Source: an uncultured Bacteriovoracaceae bacterium
Lineage (GTDB): Bacteria > Bdellovibrionota > Bacteriovoracia > Bacteriovoracales > Bacteriovoracaceae
Direction of reading: 5' to 3'
DNA: 64,000 nt
Assembly: GCA_964012805.1 (NCBI GenBank)
Contig: CAXGUD010000011.1
Coordinates: forward strand, 43,161-107,160
Position 1 is the first letter of the stretch. Every line of letters begins with the position of its first letter. Shown here piece after piece: positions 60,547 to 64,000 of this stretch. The translations under genes and the position numbers were made by a program. Under the pieces are notes generated by a model. It was not told the DNA's origin. It saw nothing but the letters and a program-made list of their open reading frames with translations, and made no database searches.

Positions 60547-60941
60547 GCCGAGAAGAGGGATAAGCCGGATCCTGTTTTAGGTTACCATTCATCTAGGGTC
60601 TCAATTACTCAAGACCTCGAGCACCCTACCCGCTTACTTAAGCTGGCCGCCTTAAACGTAAGCCTATTTGGGCTTGCACCACGTAGAGTTTACCTGGTTT
60701 CACTACTGCAAGGGCCTAGGCCCTTCGTACTTGCTTTCTGTTGCACTTGTCCTCACCTCGCGGTGGACGGGCGTTACCCGCTACGCTGCCATTTGGTGTC
60801 CGGACTTTCCTCTACAAGATTCAAATTATGACCTCTTTTGTAACAATTTTGTGAACATATTGTTGCAAAATTTAATTTTGTTTGTACTTACAAAATTTCG
60901 GTAATGGAGTAAACTTGTAGCGATAACCCCCTCTTCTCGGC
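60547..60941 (-). ncRNA. rnpB: RNase P RNA
   Basis: Minus strand has GAGGAAAGUCC, AGUGCAACAGAAAG, GUGAAA, GGUAAAC and ACAGGAUCCGGCUUA; P1 GCCGAGAAGAGGG pairs with CCCUCUUCUCGGC. Confidence 0.97.
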
Positions 60942-60951
60942 AATTTACCTG

Positions 60952-60980
60952 TGAATGCCTGAAGTAATGGGATAAGTCAA
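60952..60980 (-). promoter_or_regulatory. Candidate rnpB promoter
   Basis: TTGACT-N17-CATTCA on the minus strand, about 10 nt upstream of P1. Confidence 0.4.
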
Positions 60981-61024
60981 ACAGGTCTTAAAAATTTACA
61001 CCGGAAGGAACAAAGGAGCGAGCT

Positions 61025-62455
61025 TTGCGCTTAGTCATAGTAACCAAGAAGTCTTTTAAAGTATTGATTTTTCTATTTTTCAGCTTTTACATTTCTACCA
61101 ATGCAGCTTTTTCAAATGTCAGGAACCTATTGGAGGAGTTTGAAAGGGTTAATGGTGATTTAAAGCAAGCAAAGGAGCAAATTAAGCTAGCTTCCTTAAA
61201 CAAAGATTCAATTTTTGCCAAAATAGGGTGGTCTTTAAATTCTAGCTCTTATTATAGTCAAAATAAGCTAGAACCGACTTCACCCTCATCTGATATTCGA
61301 GGAAATTATTGGAATGTCAGTGCGGATATTTCCAAAACTTTTCTTTGGGGAGGGCAGTTCGGATTAGAAAACTCCATAACTTCCTCTACTCTAGACCTTA
61401 CGTCTAACACTACATATCAATTTGAACAGGGTTTAAGCTATTACCAAAACTTGGGAAAAAACTTTTTTGGAAGAGAAACATATAAAGCTCTTGCTATTGC
61501 AGAAAGAGAAATTGGTGTTCAAAAAATCACTGAGTCTTTTATACTAGAGAATAAAACACTTCAATTCTACAACGCCTACATTAATGTTAGTCTTGAAAAA
61601 GCCCTTTTGAATTTGGAAAAAAATGCTTTGGTCCGTGCAAAGAAAAGAAGTGAGTTGATAAGGGGTTGGGTAAAAGATGGTCTAAAAAGAAAAGTCGATT
61701 GGCAGCAATCAGTTATGACCGAACTTCAAGGCGCAGAAAGAGTCGAAATGGCCAATTTAAGAATGAAAGGAGCACTTGATACTCTTTCAAAGCTTCTCCA
61801 TAGAAGAGTCTCTCTTAGAGAAGTTAGAACCTTAAAAAATAATAGATTAAGTTCACCTAGATCTAGCTTAAAGCCGTTGGAAAATAAAAATTTGAAGGTA
61901 ATGGCGGAAAAAGTGAAGCAAATTAGGATGAGTGTGGAAAAAGCCGATTATAGTTTCGCTCCAACAATAAACAGTTATGTAACTTATAACACTAATCAGT
62001 ACGATGAAAGTATCGGAACATCTTTTTCTGATGGAGCTATATGGGGCTCTGATAATCAATTTACTGTAGGAATTAATCTCACTTGGCCTTTAGGTTTTAA
62101 ATCAGAAAAAATAGAGAAGTCTAAGCTTCTTGTTCAATTAAATAGTCTTCAGCGTCAACAAAGAGAAGCATTTGAAAATTTAAAGTTGGATTACTACTTT
62201 CTTAAGAAACAGCTTTTTCGCCTTGACCAAAGTTTGAAGTCATCTGTTAAGAGATTAGCTTTATCCAAAGATATTCTTAGCGAATATACAAAGCTTTATG
62301 ATTTAGGCCAAATGGATCTTGATCAGGTAATCAGAGCAGAAGAGCAAAGAATTGGAACAGAAACAAGCATTGTTAATTATCGATCCCAAAAAGAAAAACT
62401 TTTGGCAAGCCTCCATAATGTTAAAGGTTCTTTACGGGATAGTTTAAGTAAGTAA
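61025..62455 (+). CDS. TolC-family outer-membrane efflux protein
   Basis: Signal peptide, two helical/beta repeats, VGINLTWPL, YDLGQMDLDQVIRAE; directly upstream of the RND gene. Confidence 0.8.
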   Translation: MRLVIVTKKSFKVLIFLFFSFYISTNAAFSNVRNLLEEFERVNGDLKQAKEQIKLASLNKDSIFAKIGWSLNSSSYYSQNKLEPTSPSSDIRGNYWNVSADISKTFLWGGQFGLENSITSSTLDLTSNTTYQFEQGLSYYQNLGKNFFGRETYKALAIAEREIGVQKITESFILENKTLQFYNAYINVSLEKALLNLEKNALVRAKKRSELIRGWVKDGLKRKVDWQQSVMTELQGAERVEMANLRMKGALDTLSKLLHRRVSLREVRTLKNNRLSSPRSSLKPLENKNLKVMAEKVKQIRMSVEKADYSFAPTINSYVTYNTNQYDESIGTSFSDGAIWGSDNQFTVGINLTWPLGFKSEKIEKSKLLVQLNSLQRQQREAFENLKLDYYFLKKQLFRLDQSLKSSVKRLALSKDILSEYTKLYDLGQMDLDQVIRAEEQRIGTETSIVNYRSQKEKLLASLHNVKGSLRDSLSK

Positions 62456-62467
62456 CCAGGATAAGTT

Positions 62468-64000
62468 GTGAAAAGTTTGATCAATTTTTTTATTAAAAGA
62501 CCACTTGTTGTTAACCTAATGACAATCATTATTATTGTCATGGGTATCTTTTCAGTTTTTAACTTAAAGCGGGAAACTTTTCCAAATGTGAATTTTGATA
62601 CAGTTATTATTACTACGGGTTACCCAGGTTCTTCTGCTGAAGATGTGGAAAAATTAGTAACCATAAGTATTGAGAGGCAACTTAAGGGAGTTGACGGAAT
62701 AAAAACCTTAAATGGCCTTTCAGCAGAGGGTAATTCAATTGTTTATTTGGAAATTGATCCAGATAGCGACCTTAGTGAAGTCATTGATGATGTTAAAGAA
62801 GCCGTAGATAATATTGATGACTTTCCGGAAAATGTCAAAAAACCTAAAATCAGGAGTATAAGCAATAAAACCAGAGGAATAATGAAGGTCGCTCTATCTG
62901 GTGGGACTTATGACGAATTAAGAGGTGCTTCTAAGAAATTGCGTGACAGACTTGAAAGGTATTCTGATATCTCAAGGGCCGATTTAGAAGGTTATTATCC
63001 AGATGAAATAAGAGTAGAAGTTAATCCGGCAAAAATGCAATTATATCAGCTCACTTTAGGTGAAGTATCTAACGCAATTAAGGATAGAAACCTTAATCTC
63101 TCTGCTGGTAAAGTTATTGGAAAAGATGGTGATATTATGATTCGGACTCTTTCTGAGTTCGAAGGTGTGGATGATATTTTAAATATAGTTGTGAAATCTA
63201 ATACATCGGGAAGAAGAGTTAGGATAAAAAATATCGCAAAAGTTATCCGCCAACCTGAAAGCGAAGGCGCCATCCTACAGAGGTCTCAGGGAAAAAGGGC
63301 CATCTTTTTAGATGTTAAAATAAAGGGAACTTCAGATATTGTCACCTCAGCTGATTTAGTTAAAAAAGAAGTTGAGAGTTTTTTTAAAGAAAATACTAAC
63401 TATAAAGACATTGAATTTCGTTACACCGATGACTTTTCTTATTTTGTAAAAAGGAGATTAGGTGTTCTAGGATCTAACGGGAGACAGGGAATTATTCTTG
63501 TTTTCATATGCCTTCTTTTTTTCTTGAACTTAAGTACCTCTTTTATGACTTCATTAGGTGCGCCTTTGGCCTTTTTGTGCGCCTTTATTGCAATGGATTA
63601 CATGGGTTTATCCTTAAACCTTATTTCTATGTTTGGGTTAATTTTAGTTCTTGGGATGCTAGTTGATGATGCTATTATAGTTGCTGAGCACTACTATCAG
63701 AAGTTGGAGAAAGGAGTAAGTCCGAGAGAAGCAGCGAGAGAAGCTGCTATTGAAACGATTAGACCTGTTACTGCAACTGTTGTAACGACTATGATTGCGT
63801 TTGGCTCACTATTATACATGGGTGGGATAATGGGAAAGTTTCTGAAGCCAGTTCCCATTATTGTTATTGTTTGCCTTATAGCATCCCTCTTTGAATGCTT
63901 TTTTATTCTCCCTTCCCACCTTGCAGATTTTGCAAAGTTAAGAAAAGGAAAAGAAGGAAAAAAACGCTGGTATCAACCTCTTCTAAATGTCTATGGAAAA
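62468..64000 (+). CDS. RND efflux transporter permease (AcrB/AcrD/AcrF family), truncated by the window end
   Basis: Not in ORF track. Manual translation gives MKSLINFFIKRPLVVNL...RETFPNV...YPGSSAEDVEKLVT...LGMLVDDAIIVAE. Confidence 0.93.
   Translation, partial: MKSLINFFIKRPLVVNLMTIIIIVMGIFSVFNLKRETFPNVNFDTVIITTGYPGSSAEDVEKLVTISIERQLKGVDGIKTLNGLSAEGNSIVYLEIDPDSDLSEVIDDVKEAVDNIDDFPENVKKPKIRSISNKTRGIMKVALSGGTYDELRGASKKLRDRLERYSDISRADLEGYYPDEIRVEVNPAKMQLYQLTLGEVSNAIKDRNLNLSAGKVIGKDGDIMIRTLSEFEGVDDILNIVVKSNTSGRRVRIKNIAKVIRQPESEGAILQRSQGKRAIFLDVKIKGTSDIVTSADLVKKEVESFFKENTNYKDIEFRYTDDFSYFVKRRLGVLGSNGRQGIILVFICLLFFLNLSTSFMTSLGAPLAFLCAFIAMDYMGLSLNLISMFGLILVLGMLVDDAIIVAEHYYQKLEKGVSPREAAREAAIETIRPVTATVVTTMIAFGSLLYMGGIMGKFLKPVPIIVIVCLIASLFECFFILPSHLADFAKLRKGKEGKKRWYQPLLNVYGK

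Noticed and set aside
60668..60904. 78-aa ORF
   Set aside because: Antisense to and inside rnpB.
60995..61024. CCGGAAGGAA resembling the SRP RNA loop
   Set aside because: Lacks the flanking CAGG/AGCAGC motif and long stem; it is the tolC leader region.

Overview
A gene-dense, AT-rich bacterial chromosomal segment with most genes on the + strand. Gene content suggests a predatory Bdellovibrionota, probably Bacteriovorax/Halobacteriovorax-like (inference from RomR, the TadC-DUF192-FHA cluster, stand-alone mreB and a He_PIG lipoprotein). Housekeeping blocks include hemW-grpE-dnaK-dnaJ, mreB, ABC permeases-nagZ, birA, rph-rdgB-tRNA-Pro-smc-lolA, slt, rimO, epmA, ftsY-zapA-ygfA-rny, dus, ldh, fused 2-oxoacid dehydrogenase E1, nadC-nadB, mutY, iaaA, rnpB and tolC-RND. 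No integrase, transposase, prophage or CRISPR array is visible. Most interesting: (1) a compact gene cluster joining a Sel1-repeat/TadC fusion, DUF192, three membrane FHA proteins, a degenerate PP2C and a RomR polarity regulator, a candidate prey-contact signalling system; (2) a 36-aa very basic ORF with a strong RBS that the ORF track misses; (3) an RNase P RNA with a ~109-nt branched P3 and apparently no P13/P14; (4) a structured leader upstream of a CNNM/CorB Mg2+ transporter; (5) a large repeat-containing Ig-like surface lipoprotein. All family calls come from motif recognition by eye; no database searches were run.
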